A stretch of DNA of 64,000 nt, taken from Macrostomum hystrix (Eukaryota; Animalia; Platyhelminthes). The position numbers and the translations under genes are program-made. The notes beneath the pieces were generated by a model. It did not search any database, was not told where the DNA came from, and worked only from the letters and a program-made list of their open reading frames with translations. Positions 50,101 to 60,577 of the stretch are shown in pieces; positions within the stretch are counted from its first letter, which is position 1, and the number at the start of each line of letters is the position of its first letter. The stretch covers positions 17,608,001 to 17,672,000 of the forward strand of contig CATNEN010000001.1 of the NCBI GenBank assembly GCA_950097015.1, read 5' to 3'.

Positions 50101-52513
50101 CCGTCTGGAAGCAGGGCCTGCTGCACAAGCTCCACGCCGCGGGCATCCCGGCTGCCGGGGTCCGCTGGCTCAGCAGCTTCCTGGCCGACCGAAGGGCCGC
50201 CGTCAGGGTCGACGGCGCGACGAGCAGCTGGCGGCTCTTCCGCGAGGGCTTACCACAGGGGAGCGTTCTTGCCCCGCTGCTCTTCGCGCTTTTCATTAAC
50301 GACCTGCCGGACCAGCTGCCGCCCGACTGCACGCCGCTCCTATACGCGGACGACCTGGCCATTGCAGTGCAAGGCCTGACTGTGGAGGAGGCCGAGGCGA
50401 AAGCGCAGCGGGCCATCGATGCGACGGCCGAGTGGGCAAACAAGTGGCGGCTGCAGCTGGCGCCGGAGAAGTGCGCCGCATCCCTGTTTTCCACCACCGC
50501 AGGTGAGGCCAGCCGGGAGCTGCGGCTGCAGCTGAACGACGCCCCCCTCGCGACGGACCGCCAGCCCCGGTTTCTCGGCGTCATCCTGGACCGCCTGCTG
50601 AGCTTCACCGCGCACGCCGCCAACGTCGCAGGCCGCGCCCGCGCCCGGTGCGGCGTCCTGGCCGCGCTCTCCGGTAGCAGCTGGGGCGCCAAGCAGACCG
50701 ACGTGCGCCGGCTCTACACTGCCTACGTGCGGCCGGTGCTGGAGTACGCGGCCGGCGCCTGGATGCCGTCGGCCTGCAAGACGGCCATTGAGCAGCTGGA
50801 CCGAGCCCAGCGCCTGTGCGCGCGCGTCATCACCGGGTGCCCTCGGAACACCAGGTCGGAGGTGCTAGAACGAGAGGCCGGCCTGCCCCCGATGGCGGTC
50901 CGCGCCGAGATGCACGCCGGCCTTCTCCTCGAGCGCGCCCTCAGGCTCCCGCCCGACAACCCGCTGCTCGCCTGCGCGGCCGCCGAGGGCCCACGCCGCC
51001 GCCTCCAGAGCGCCCGAGGCTGGCGGGAAACGGCGACCAGAGTCAGCACCGACGCGGGCCTGAGCGGCTACCCGCGCGAGCCCGTTTGCGCTGTCCCCGC
51101 GACGCCTCCCTGGGCCAACCTGGACACCGTCACCTTTGGTCTGCAGCTGTCCGCCCCCTCCTCCCGGTGCGACCCGCCTGAGGCACGGAGAGCGGCGGCT
51201 GAGCTAACGCTGGCAGGCCTGCCGCCCGCCCGCACGGCCATCTGGACCGACGGAGCGGCAAAGGATGGCGTCTCGGCCGGCGGCAGCGGCGCCCTGGTCG
51301 AGCCCGACACGGCACTGTGCGTCCCAGCCGGTCACGTGACGTCCAGCTTCCACGCTGAGCTGGTGGCCATCGCCGAGGCCCTCCAGTGGGTGTTGGCGGC
51401 ACCGGACCCGGCCGAGCTGTCGCCGGTCCGCGTGTGCTCGGACTCCCTGAGTGCGCTGGCTGCGCTCGAGTCCGGCCCCGGCTCGACGGGCGTCACCACT
51501 GCCGATGCCATCTGGGCCAGCCTCTCCCACCTCGCAGCCGGAGGCGTCGCTGTCCACCTGCAGTGGGTCCCGGGCCACGCGGGCATCCCTGGCAACGAGG
51601 CGGTCGATGCCATTGCCAAGCGCGGCTCCGCGCTGCCGCAGGCTGAGGCCCACATCCCGCTGGCTGCGGCCCAGGCCGCCATTCGCCGCCACTGCCTTGC
51701 CCGCTGGCACCAGCTGTACCGCGCGGCGGCCGCCGACGCTGCGGGCACGAGCTCGCTGCCCTGGCACGCCGCCTGCACCTCGGGCCACCTGCCGCCTCCT
51801 CCGCCGACTGACCTCTCGCGGCGGCACGAGCGGCTGATCTGCCAGCTGCGCGCCGACCGCTGCCATGCCCTCCGGGGCTTCCAGGCCACGATTGGCGCCC
51901 CGGTGGCCCCCACCTGTCGAGTCTGTGGCGAGGGCGACGAGACGGCGGCCCACGTGCTCCTCGCCTGCCCCGCGCTGACCGCCCACCGCTGCCGCCTCTG
52001 GGGCCCCTGCCCGGAGCCCGCTGCGGTCTTTGAATGCTGTGCTTCCGTGCTGGCCCTGCTTGGGAAGGCGGGCATCATCTGATGCCCGGTGCCATGGGCC
52101 CCGAAGAAGAAGAAGAAGAATTCTGCCCATTTCGCTGACTCCTGAGCGCACACGCTCACACAGGTGTGTACATCTGCCCTGACTTCCTCATCGTCAGGCA
52201 GTGTACACTCTCACTGTGCCTCGGAGGTTGGCCCTCAATGGCGTAAATTGCACGACAAGCCCCCAAGCCTTCTCTCCGCGACTGCGCCCCAAATGAAAAT
52301 GTGGCCTCGCCGCGGAATCGAGCTCAGGGACCTCGGTGCGAGAGGCAAACGCGTTAGACCCTTCTGCCCCTGACCCTGCACTGAATGCTTACCGCTGTAC
52401 AAGCTGCCGCGGTTCTCGCAGCCCCAGTTCGGTGTGAAGATGCCCAGAATGACCATCACGCAGCCGGAGATTAGAAACACCAGCGTGATTGGGCAGAACA
52501 CAGAGCACTGCAT
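47109..52513 (-). CDS. Four-TM claudin/PMP22-like membrane protein, 161 aa, two exons (52513-52393, 47473-47109)
   Basis: Phase-1 donor G|GTAAGC and acceptor TTGCAG|GC join ...TPNWGCENRGSLYSG|CNGRW...; 121+365=486 nt; four hydrophobic segments. Confidence 0.75.
48004..48072 (+). ncRNA. HDV-like self-cleaving ribozyme at the LINE 5' end
   Basis: P1 GGGGGGC 48004-10/GCCCCCC 48034-40; P2 ATGGCCTGC 48012-20/GCAGGCCAT 48064-72; P3 GCC/GGT; L3 TCCACGA; P1.1 CC/GG 48041-42; P4 AGGAC-GCAA-GTCCT; J4/2 aCGAA with candidate catalytic C48058. Confidence 0.85.
48165..52082 (+). CDS. LINE polyprotein: AP endonuclease + reverse transcriptase + RNase H + CCHC, intact 1305 aa
   Basis: CLQETH, GDLNAHH, SDHLP; APGPDG, YRPIALTS, GLPQGSVLAP, YADD; WTDG..AEL..SDS..WVPGH..GNEAVD; CRVC..ETAAHVLLAC. 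Confidence 0.97.
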   Translation: MTDQLPTQPAEPQRRAPGGAKRQPDRRSARAQAPSSLHLLQLNAEGVVAKTPELCKLLLDLRVDVACLQETHTAEGREPRLPGFNAVWRHRQSGRRSGGPTRGGGVAILIREGLRYEVLHERPCAPEDVSTEWAGIRVFPSEKTVESLDIHCLYVPPIRNAEGDDRVQRFNPQWLPSGASTVILGDLNAHHPAWDPESEETDLGTAAFEWSVISGMRILNDGSHTHMPRRADARQTAPDVSLCHKSLASRAEWQVRRDVGSDHLPISVIIHGSRGAAKRAGAARRAWVKADWAGFRAQTEEALAGWDALPPATATEANRLLTEAIMTADKAFIPRGARPSTKAWWTPEVEDAVKSRRAARAAAAADPNERPAWNKASADAKKIIADAKRDSWRAFAGEVAADTDHSKIWRVVRSLDGRSNNLQRDAALRVGQKLYVRPKDIAEAYAKEYAAVSRLPQDRRTRILRRENHRSRAAAQADSPEAGDFSKQFSSRELDRVLRSLPARKAPGPDGICAEHLQHLGPAGRRAALHVINQSWAKGEVPSAWRRAHVVPILKKGKPADVIGSYRPIALTSAMAKLAERLVQARLYWWAESRQLLHPAQAGFRKRRCTEDQIARLTQLISDGHQASPARRTVVVLFDFRRAYDTVWKQGLLHKLHAAGIPAAGVRWLSSFLADRRAAVRVDGATSSWRLFREGLPQGSVLAPLLFALFINDLPDQLPPDCTPLLYADDLAIAVQGLTVEEAEAKAQRAIDATAEWANKWRLQLAPEKCAASLFSTTAGEASRELRLQLNDAPLATDRQPRFLGVILDRLLSFTAHAANVAGRARARCGVLAALSGSSWGAKQTDVRRLYTAYVRPVLEYAAGAWMPSACKTAIEQLDRAQRLCARVITGCPRNTRSEVLEREAGLPPMAVRAEMHAGLLLERALRLPPDNPLLACAAAEGPRRRLQSARGWRETATRVSTDAGLSGYPREPVCAVPATPPWANLDTVTFGLQLSAPSSRCDPPEARRAAAELTLAGLPPARTAIWTDGAAKDGVSAGGSGALVEPDTALCVPAGHVTSSFHAELVAIAEALQWVLAAPDPAELSPVRVCSDSLSALAALESGPGSTGVTTADAIWASLSHLAAGGVAVHLQWVPGHAGIPGNEAVDAIAKRGSALPQAEAHIPLAAAQAAIRRHCLARWHQLYRAAAADAAGTSSLPWHAACTSGHLPPPPPTDLSRRHERLICQLRADRCHALRGFQATIGAPVAPTCRVCGEGDETAAHVLLACPALTAHRCRLWGPCPEPAAVFECCASVLALLGKAGII
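52121..52365 (-). mobile_element. tRNA-derived SINE copy split by the LINE (remaining part at ~47953-48003)
   Basis: Homologous to 54058-54320 and 59455-59657; the sequence left of the LINE (tttggtgacactagacccgc) continues the same repeat. Confidence 0.8.
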
Positions 52514-53053
52514 TTGTGCAATCTGAAATCTAATCTGCGGTTAATTGAAACAAAAAATATATATATTTGTTCAGGCAGTTTGCCTAGCTACAAAAAAAGT
52601 AAAAATTTTATATTAGTGGATTTTGTTTAGCTGCTGCCTAACAGAGAGTTTCGGCTGAAATCGATTTCCTATCACTCGTATAGCTTCAACTCATTGTGCT
52701 GCCCTTAATATACTTTGAAAGTCTCTGCCCAGAAATTAGTATTGATTAACTCGAGCTACTGTACAATGGAATTGATATTTTACTGTAGCTCTCATAGTGT
52801 CTCCCCCTAGTAACCCCACGATATGTAAAAAAAAATATGAACATTGGCGTGTACTAAACTTATGTGTATTCCAATTGAATAGCTTGGCTGTGTCTCAACC
52901 CGTTCGTTTTTGTTCAGGATATTTGACAGACACCAATTCCTGGCCCTACAATAAAGCAATGCCCAATAGTCGATAAAAATAGTAAATTAAATTACTTTAG
53001 AATAATTGTAAGCTTCTCTGACGAAAAAACTTGGAGAAGTAGGCGATCGGAGT

Positions 53054-53961
53054 GTGTGATCAGTGAGTCAGTGGGTGTGATAAGAGAGTCAGTGGGTGTG
53101 ATAAGAGAGTCAGTGGGTGTGATAAGAGAGTCAGTGGGTGTGATAAGAGAGTCAGTGGGTGTGATAAGAGAGTCAGTGGGTGTGATAAGAGAGTCAGTGG
53201 GTGTGATAAGAGAGTCAGTGGGTGTGATAAGAGAGTCAGTCGGTGTGATAAGAGAGTCAGTGGGTGTAATAAGAGAGTCAGTGGGTGTAATAAGAGAGTC
53301 AGTGGGTGTGATAAGAGAGTCAGTGGGTGTGATAAGAGAGTCAGTGGGTGTGATAAGAGAGTCAGTGGGTGTGATAAGAGAGTCAGTGGGTGTAATAAGA
53401 GAGTCAGTGGGTGTAATAAGAGAGTCAGTGGGTGTGATAAGAGAGTCAGTGGGTGTGATAAGAGAGTCAGTGGGTGTGATAAGAGAGTCAGTGGGTGTGA
53501 TAAGAGAGTCAGTGGGTGTGATAAGAGAGTCAGTGGGTGTGATAAGTGAGTCAGTGGGTGTGATAAGAGAGTCAGTGGGTGTGATAAGAGAGTCAGTGGG
53601 TGTGATAAGAGAGTCAGTGGGTGTGGTAAGAGAGTCAGTGGGTGTGATAAGAGAGTCAGTGGGTGTGATAAGAGAGTCAGTGGGTGTGATAAGAGAGTCA
53701 GTGGGTGTGATAAGAGAGTCAGTGGGTGTGATAAGAGAGTCAGTGGGTGTGATAAGTGAGTCAGTGGGTGTGATAAGAGAGTCAGTGGGTGTGATAAGAG
53801 AGTCAGTGGGTGTGATAAGAGAGTCAGTGGGTGTGATAAGAGAGTCAGTGGGTGTGATAAGAGAGTCAGTGGGTGTGATAAGTGAGTCAGTGGGTGTGAT
53901 AAGAGAGTCAGTGGGTGTGATAAGAGAGTCAGTGGGTGTGATAAGAGAGTCAGTGGGTGTG
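53054..53961. repeat. Minisatellite, 21-bp unit GTGATAAGAGAGTCAGTGGGT x~43
   Basis: Direct inspection; few variant units. Confidence 0.98.
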
Positions 53962-54057
53962 GTGTCAGAACCAGGCTTTGATACGAGTCAAATTAAATTT
54001 GTTAGTTTTATTGAGTCGGAATAAAGATTATTTTCCGTGGTGAGTAACTGAGCAATT

Positions 54058-54320
54058 AAAGCGTTTGCCACTCACGCCGAGGCTCCTGAGTTCGATTCCG
54101 CGGCGAGGCCACATTCATTTGGGGCGCAGCAGCGGAGAGAAGGCTTGGGGGCTTGTCGTGCAATTTACATTCTTGAGGACTAACCTCCAAGACTGCCTGA
54201 GAGTGTACACTTCCTGACGTTGAGAAAGTCAGAGCAGGTGTACACACCTGTGTGCGTGTGTGCTCAGGAGTCAGCGAAATGGGCAGAATGGGCGGGTCTA
54301 GTGTCACCAAATGATGTGCC
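54058..54320 (+). mobile_element. tRNA-derived SINE copy (uninterrupted at the LINE target site)
   Basis: B box GAGTTCGATTCC at ~54088; contains gggcAGAATgggcgggtctagtgtcacc, the empty-site sequence. Confidence 0.8.
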
Positions 54321-54887
54321 ATTGCCCGCAGCCCTCCTGCAGTTATTATGAAATTATTATCAAAGAAGAGCCTTATCTTAAGTTCTTGTTTATTTTCCCT
54401 TTTAGCTGCAGAAACGTATTGAGATAGGAACTCATTCATTAGGATCTAAGGATATTGAAAAGTTCTGAGATGCTGAGCTATGTGAATATCATATGAATAT
54501 AACAGTTTTTTGTTTATTAGAATTATTCTATTAATTGATTACAGCCACAAAGCATGTTGGTGAGACTAGACCAGCTGACATTGTAACGGCCCACCACTTC
54601 CAGGTGTACTTTTCTCTGTGTTTGTACCAGTTCAGTACTCATAATAGTTGTACTAAATATTAGTTAAGTATACAACAGTTTTTAGAAAGCAAGAAAGATA
54701 AATATATTTGAATTTGAAGTAATAAATTGTGCATGAGAATTGAACAGGTGTTGTTACTCAAATAGGACTATCGCAAAACTTTCTGGTCAACGAGGATAAA
54801 TAAGCGACGGTCATCTCTAACGAGACTCTCTACAAGACCAACTCAGGCTAACAGAGTGCTCAAAGGTGTCAAAGAGATTCAGCCAGA

Positions 54888-56480
54888 ATGTTGATGCGTC
54901 TAATTGCCTTGGCTTTCGCGTTGACCCTGTGCGGCGAACGGGTTCTCGGCATGGAGCTGCACCGCCAGAAAAGTGAGTAGTCACTGCTCATCTCAAGACA
55001 ATTCTGATCGGGGTTGATAGTGGGAAAAGCAGGTTAAATCCTATGTTGGAGCCAAAGTGACCGCCTCAAATCAAGCGCCCCTTCAAATCCTAAATAATCC
55101 CTCAAATCCTAGGTGGCTCCCAAAATCCAAGGTGGCTCCACAGATTCAATGTGGCTCCCCAAATCCTAGGTGGCTCCCCAAATCCTAGGTGGCTCCCCAA
55201 ATCCTAGGTGGCTCCCCAAATCCAACTTCGCAGATATAAATAAGGATTGCAAGGAAAAACAGCTGATTAGCGGCTTCAATGTTAATATCAAACCTGAAAT
55301 CGCAATGCCGTGATGCCATCACTCTGCAGGGTTCATTCCACTCAATGTCTGCTACGATGGAATCGGCTGCTTCAGCACCGGTGGAAACTTCTACGACATT
55401 CTGAAGCGACCGATTCAGCTGCTGCCGCAGAGTCCTGACCGCATCAGGCCAACCTTCGCTCTCTTCACTCGCAGGAACATTGTGACGGCGCAGAACATCG
55501 TCTACAACAGCAAGGCTAGCGTCACCGGATCCAACTTCAACGCCCGGCTACCCACAAAGATCATCATTCACGGCTTTCTGGATGTCGGCACAACTTCCTG
55601 GATGGTGGACATGAAGAAGGCACTTCTGCTCCATGGCGACTACAATGTGATTCAGCTCGACTGGAGCAAGGGCAACCAGCTGCCGTACACTCAGGCTACG
55701 GCCAACACTCGAGTCATCGGAGCACTCATTGCTCAGCTCATCATGTGGCTCGAGACCGAGTTCGGAGCTAACCGTGAGCAGTTCCACCTGCTGGGCCACA
55801 GCCTTGGCGCCCATGTTGCTGGATACGCCGGTGAGAGACTCACTGGAACTCGCCGTCTCGGTCGCATCACCGGCATGGATCCGGCTGGTCCCTACTTCGA
55901 GAACACGCACCCGGAGGTCCGGCTCGACCCTACTGACGCTCGCTTCGTCGACGCCATCCACACGGACGGAGACAGCCTGTTGAGCAGCATTTTGCTCAAA
56001 GGAGGCTTCGGAATGATGCAGGCGGTAGGTCACGTGGACTTCTACGCTAACGGAGGCAAGAACCAGCCGGATTGCACCCAGAATCCGATAATTAATATCA
56101 TTGTCGACGGTGTCATTGAGGGCACCAAGTGGACCGTTTCTTGTGACCACCTGCGGGTGCTCCCCATGGTGACAAGCACTGTTGAGAACCTGCCTGGCAA
56201 CTACAAGGCCTTCCCGTGCGACTCCTACGCGAACTTCAAGGCTGGCAAGTGCTCGAGCTGCGGCACTGTGGGCTGCGCTCAGATGGGCATTCGGGCCAGC
56301 GAGTGGAACCCGAACGGACGCACAAACGTGAAGATGTTCTTGGACACTGCCGGCAAGGCACCCTTTGAGAGCACTGGTGAGTGTTGATGTATGGTGCCCG
56401 ATGGCTGCTTTCAGCTGTTGTGCCAATTGTTCTCCCATCATCAGATTTCTCATCGTCGCCTTTCAGGTCCTCGTCGCTAG
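54888..56480 (+). CDS. Pancreatic-lipase-family gene 1 (exons 54888-54972, 55330-56376, 56467-56480), secreted, no PLAT domain
   Basis: Signal peptide + MELHRQK|R; CYDGIGCFS; HGF; GHSLG; MDPAGP; CDH; ends ESTG|PRR*. Confidence 0.9.
55085..55224. repeat. ~20-bp intronic tandem repeat (caaatcctaggtggctccc)
   Basis: About 6 degenerate copies in intron 1 of lipase 1. Confidence 0.85.
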
Positions 56481-57849
56481 TCGGCTTTTCCGGATGATCC
56501 TGAGAGTTTGACAACTTGAAGCTTGCTCCCCATCATTCGCTGTACAGATTTTAAATGTAATGTTCTGGGATGTTAGTCAAGAACTGTAATGAGCTTCACA
56601 ATAATAAACTGCTAGCTGCCTGTTGTTGAAGGCCGCATAGACTGCTCAAATTCAACTAAATCTGCAGTTGAGATTGCATCTTGTTCTTTATTTAAAGTTT
56701 TGTCATCCAACGATATGTCGACTCATTCTTTCACGTTTCAAGAAGTACGAATTTGCTCTGCTCTTAAGTAGATGTACTACTTTTTAGATGCTGTTCAATT
56801 TGATCTACAATGCTTTACATTAAGCTTAGGTTGTTCAGTGACCATAAGAATTTGGATGAGAAGGCATATGAGAATGAATAAAATTAGAATTAGGCCAAGC
56901 ATTCAGTCAAAAAAAATTTTTGATCCAACACAGGTTTCATTTCAAACGAGAATAAACCATTTTCAATGAAATCGCCACATTCTTAATTTCCTGTAGGTGT
57001 ATTTTGCAGTGCATGATGAAAAAAAATTATCAAAGCAAAGTTTCTAAATTTCAAGCTCAAGCTTGTCTGACAAGGCCGTACAAACATGTAAAAGCCAGAT
57101 CTCAAAGTTCTTTAGATGCGTAATTTCTAAAAATACGAGTAGAATATTTCTGCATGCTAATTAATCTACTACGAGTAAATACTGAAGTAGTAGGTACAAA
57201 CGAATCGTGATAGATCTCAGATCCACATTCGAGTTGGAAAGATCTGTTATTTGCTGAGTCAGTCCAGTTACTCAGACCTTCAGTTTTGCCTTATTTACAG
57301 GCCAGATGGAGCAATATCAAACAGCGGTCGCAGTTCAGTAAATTGTGTGTGGGAAAACCGCAACACTCATGGCAGTTTTGAATATCCAATGGAAGCATAG
57401 CAGCATCTCACACGCCCACGTGAGAAATTATCGATCCAAGTGCAATATGGGTGGGGATCTGTAGGAGTGGCGCACAACAGGCGGTGGGAGTGTCGCTGGG
57501 AATCCCAATAAAACTACATTGCGGCTGGTGCCTCAAAGGCTTATCTTGGGTACTTCAAATGAAATTAGCGACACAAAATGACAAGCTACAATCGGCTTTG
57601 TTAAACTTTTGCAAGCTTTAGACTTGGTCACAGCGTAGAGGCTAATAAATTACTCGCCCTGAGGTAGACAAACACCATTTGGAGGCCAGGATTACAGATA
57701 AAGACATAAGTGCAGCTTTCTGATTAGCTCTGTGAAGCAAGCATCTGAGGTCGTAATTTCTGTGGATTTGTTTTTCAATTTAAAAAGGCAAAATTTTCAA
57801 ACCCGAATGTCACCGGCTCGGTCAGGAGACTCAGAAGAAGACGCGAACA

Positions 57850-59157
57850 ATGGCGATTCGATTTCTAGCGATGGCTGCGGCTGCGGCCCTCTGCATCCAG
57901 TGGGCCCACGGCATGGAGTTGCACCGGCAGAAGAGTGAGTACCAAAGCACTGAACTCACACCTGAATTCACTCAGAATTAACCAGAAACATCACCATTCC
58001 AGGATTCATCCCTCTCAATGTCTGCTACGATGGAATCGGCTGCTTCAGCACCGGTGGAAACTTCTACAACCTGTTGATTCGACCGATTCAGCTGCTGCCG
58101 CAGAGCCCGGACCGCATCAGGCCTATCTTCAGTCTCTATACGCGGAGGAACATTGTGACTGCCCAGAACATAGTCTACAATAACAAGGCTAGCGTCACCG
58201 GATCCAACTTCAACGCCAGGCTACCCACAAAGATCATCATTCACGGATTCCTCGATCCTGGGAACGTCGCCTGGATGACGGACATGAGAAAAGCGCTGCT
58301 TCTACACGGTGAATACAATGTGATTCAGGTGAACTGGGACAAGGGCAACCAGCTGCCGTACACTCAGGCTACGGCCAACACTCGAGTCATCGGAGCACTC
58401 ATTGCTCAGCTCATCATGTGGCTCGAGACCGAGTTCGGAGCTAACCGTGAGCAGTTCCACCTGCTGGGCCACAGCCTTGGCGCCCATGTTGCTGGATACG
58501 CCGGTGAGAGACTCACTGGAACTCGCCGTCTCGGTCGCATCACCGGCATGGATCCGGCTGGTCCCTACTTCGAGAACACGCACCCGGAGGTCCGGCTCGA
58601 CCCTACTGACGCTCGCTTCGTCGACGCCATCCACACGGACGGAGACAGCCTGTTGAGCAGCATTTTGCTCAAAGGAGGCTTCGGAATGATGCAGGCGGTA
58701 GGTCACGTGGACTTCTACGCTAACGGAGGCAAGAACCAGCCGGATTGCACCCAGAATCCGATCACCAACATCATCATCAATGGCATCATCGAGGGCACCA
58801 AATGGGTGATCGCATGCGACCACCTGCGGGTGCTCCCCATGGTGACAAGCACTGTTGAGAACCTGCCTGGCAACTACAAGGCCTTCCCGTGCGACTCCTA
58901 CGCGAACTTCAAGGCTGGCAAGTGCTCGAGCTGCGGCACTGTGGGCTGCGCTCAGATGGGCATTCGGGCCAGCGAGTGGAACCCGAACGGACGCACAAAC
59001 GTGAAGATGTTCCTGGACACTGCCGGCAAGGCACCCTTTGAGAGCACTGGTGAGTTCAGTTCGTCTCACTTTATTACTTTTTGCCTGTCAGCGGTTGCTT
59101 CTTGAGGTTCCTAACAGACACATTAACTCACCTTTTCTCGCAGGTCCTCGCCGTTAG
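57850..59157 (+). CDS. Pancreatic-lipase-family gene 2 (exons 57850-57934, 58003-59049, 59144-59157), secreted, no PLAT domain
   Basis: Same exon phases as gene 1; MELHRQK|R; GHSLG triad motifs; ends G|PRR*. Confidence 0.9.
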
Positions 59158-59454
59158 TTGCATTGACTCCGACTGCAGTTCGGGCACTAATTCAGCAGTA
59201 TACGTGCAGAATTCAAACTGATCATTTATAGTACATGTACAGAGGCTGCCTAAGTTGGCGTCTGTTAAGAATAAAAGTGAATCACAGAATTCCAAAAAAC
59301 ACAAAAATGCTAAGTGAAGCAAATTTCTTCGTTTTTGTTTTTTACTTGTATTTTTGAGTGCTCAATTGAGCTCTTAGCCCAGAACTTCAACCGTTGGAGC
59401 TTTGAGCAAGACACTTAATTCCGTGATGCTTCAGTTCACCCAGTTAACACGCAG

Positions 59455-59657
59455 GCACACGCTCACACAGGTGTGTTTATCTGCCCTGACTTTCTCATCG
59501 GCAGGCACTGTACACTCTCACTATAAATTGTACGACAAGCCCCCAAGCCTTCTCTCCGCGGCTGCGTTCCAAATGAATGTGGCCTCGCCGCGGAATCGAA
59601 CTCAGGGATCTTGGTGTGAGAGGCAAACGCGTTTAACATCAGCCACTCAGCCACCAG
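59455..59657 (-). mobile_element. tRNA-derived SINE copy with intact head
   Basis: Minus strand TGGCTGAGTGG (A box) ... GAGTTCGATTCC (B box). Confidence 0.8.
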
Positions 59658-60577
59658 AGTTGCCTATCTGCTCAGTGGAATTTTGGCACAGCCAGTCAGC
59701 ATTTGCTGGTCTGAACAATGCGGTTTTTTAACGGAGTTTCTGCAGGTTCTATTTTTAGAGCTTGATGGCTGAATCTCATTTCTATCCAATTATGTTAAGT
59801 GTAGGTAAAAATGCGAACGTGACTTTTGAGATTAAATATTAGTATATAACAATTTGAGCCCATCTGTAATCTAATCGTACATTTCAGGTTCTCAGGCTAC
59901 CCTCTGGGTATGTTTTCCCAACAGAGGGGATTTTGGCTAGTTGTGGCTTGCCGATAAAGGTCCCCAGTTAAAGTGAGTGTGTTTATATCGCAAATAGTTG
60001 CTGACTAATCAAATTAGTTCCTGTACTATTGAACTAGGAGGCATTTTGAATCCATTTGCAACACCGGATGAACTGTGGCGATTGCAGTAAAACGAATATT
60101 CAAATCGAATCAAATAAAGCTTTTCTTTGCTTCATCGCCGGAAAGAAGACTTTAAGAGGTCATCGGCCTTGGCCTCATTTAAAAGAAAAAAAAAGATTTC
60201 CGCCAAAACTAAAACACACGACAAGGCATAACAATGAATAAGGCACTATCACCCTCCGATGCGTTTTTCCGACTCTGTATTTGAAAAGCGTCAGTTCTCA
60301 GTGCAAAATAGTTTCCAAGTTGAGCTGTTGTTGTAAGTCGTGCTTTTTTTGCATATCGAAGAGTGGATAACACTCCCACAGACAAGTTGGCTAGCCTGTT
60401 CAGGTTAGTTTCATGAGACTTTTAGCAGGTGTATTGCTAGATTCCCAGGCAGGGCTAAGATTGACGCGAGCAAAACTACGTGATAATGAGCCACATATAA
60501 AGCGAATAGTATCAGCCCATTCTACATTCGCTGTTCATCATTGACGATTTTAGTCTCAGCGAATAAAAAAATTGTCC

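Larger units (their letters stand above)
48004..52120 (+). mobile_element. Full-length Ingi-like (I-group) LINE with a (GAA)n tail and (A)ATTCT TSD
   Basis: AATTCT at 47998-48003 and 52119-52124; single ORF; (GAA)6 tail at 52103-52120. Confidence 0.9.

Noticed and set aside
48307-52159. Many long overlapping/antisense ORFs in the LINE
   Set aside because: Shadow ORFs of GC-rich coding sequence.
53056-54024. 322-aa (VIRESVG)n ORF, or a CRISPR-like array
   Set aside because: Stop-free frame of a 21-bp minisatellite; no unique spacers and no ATG.
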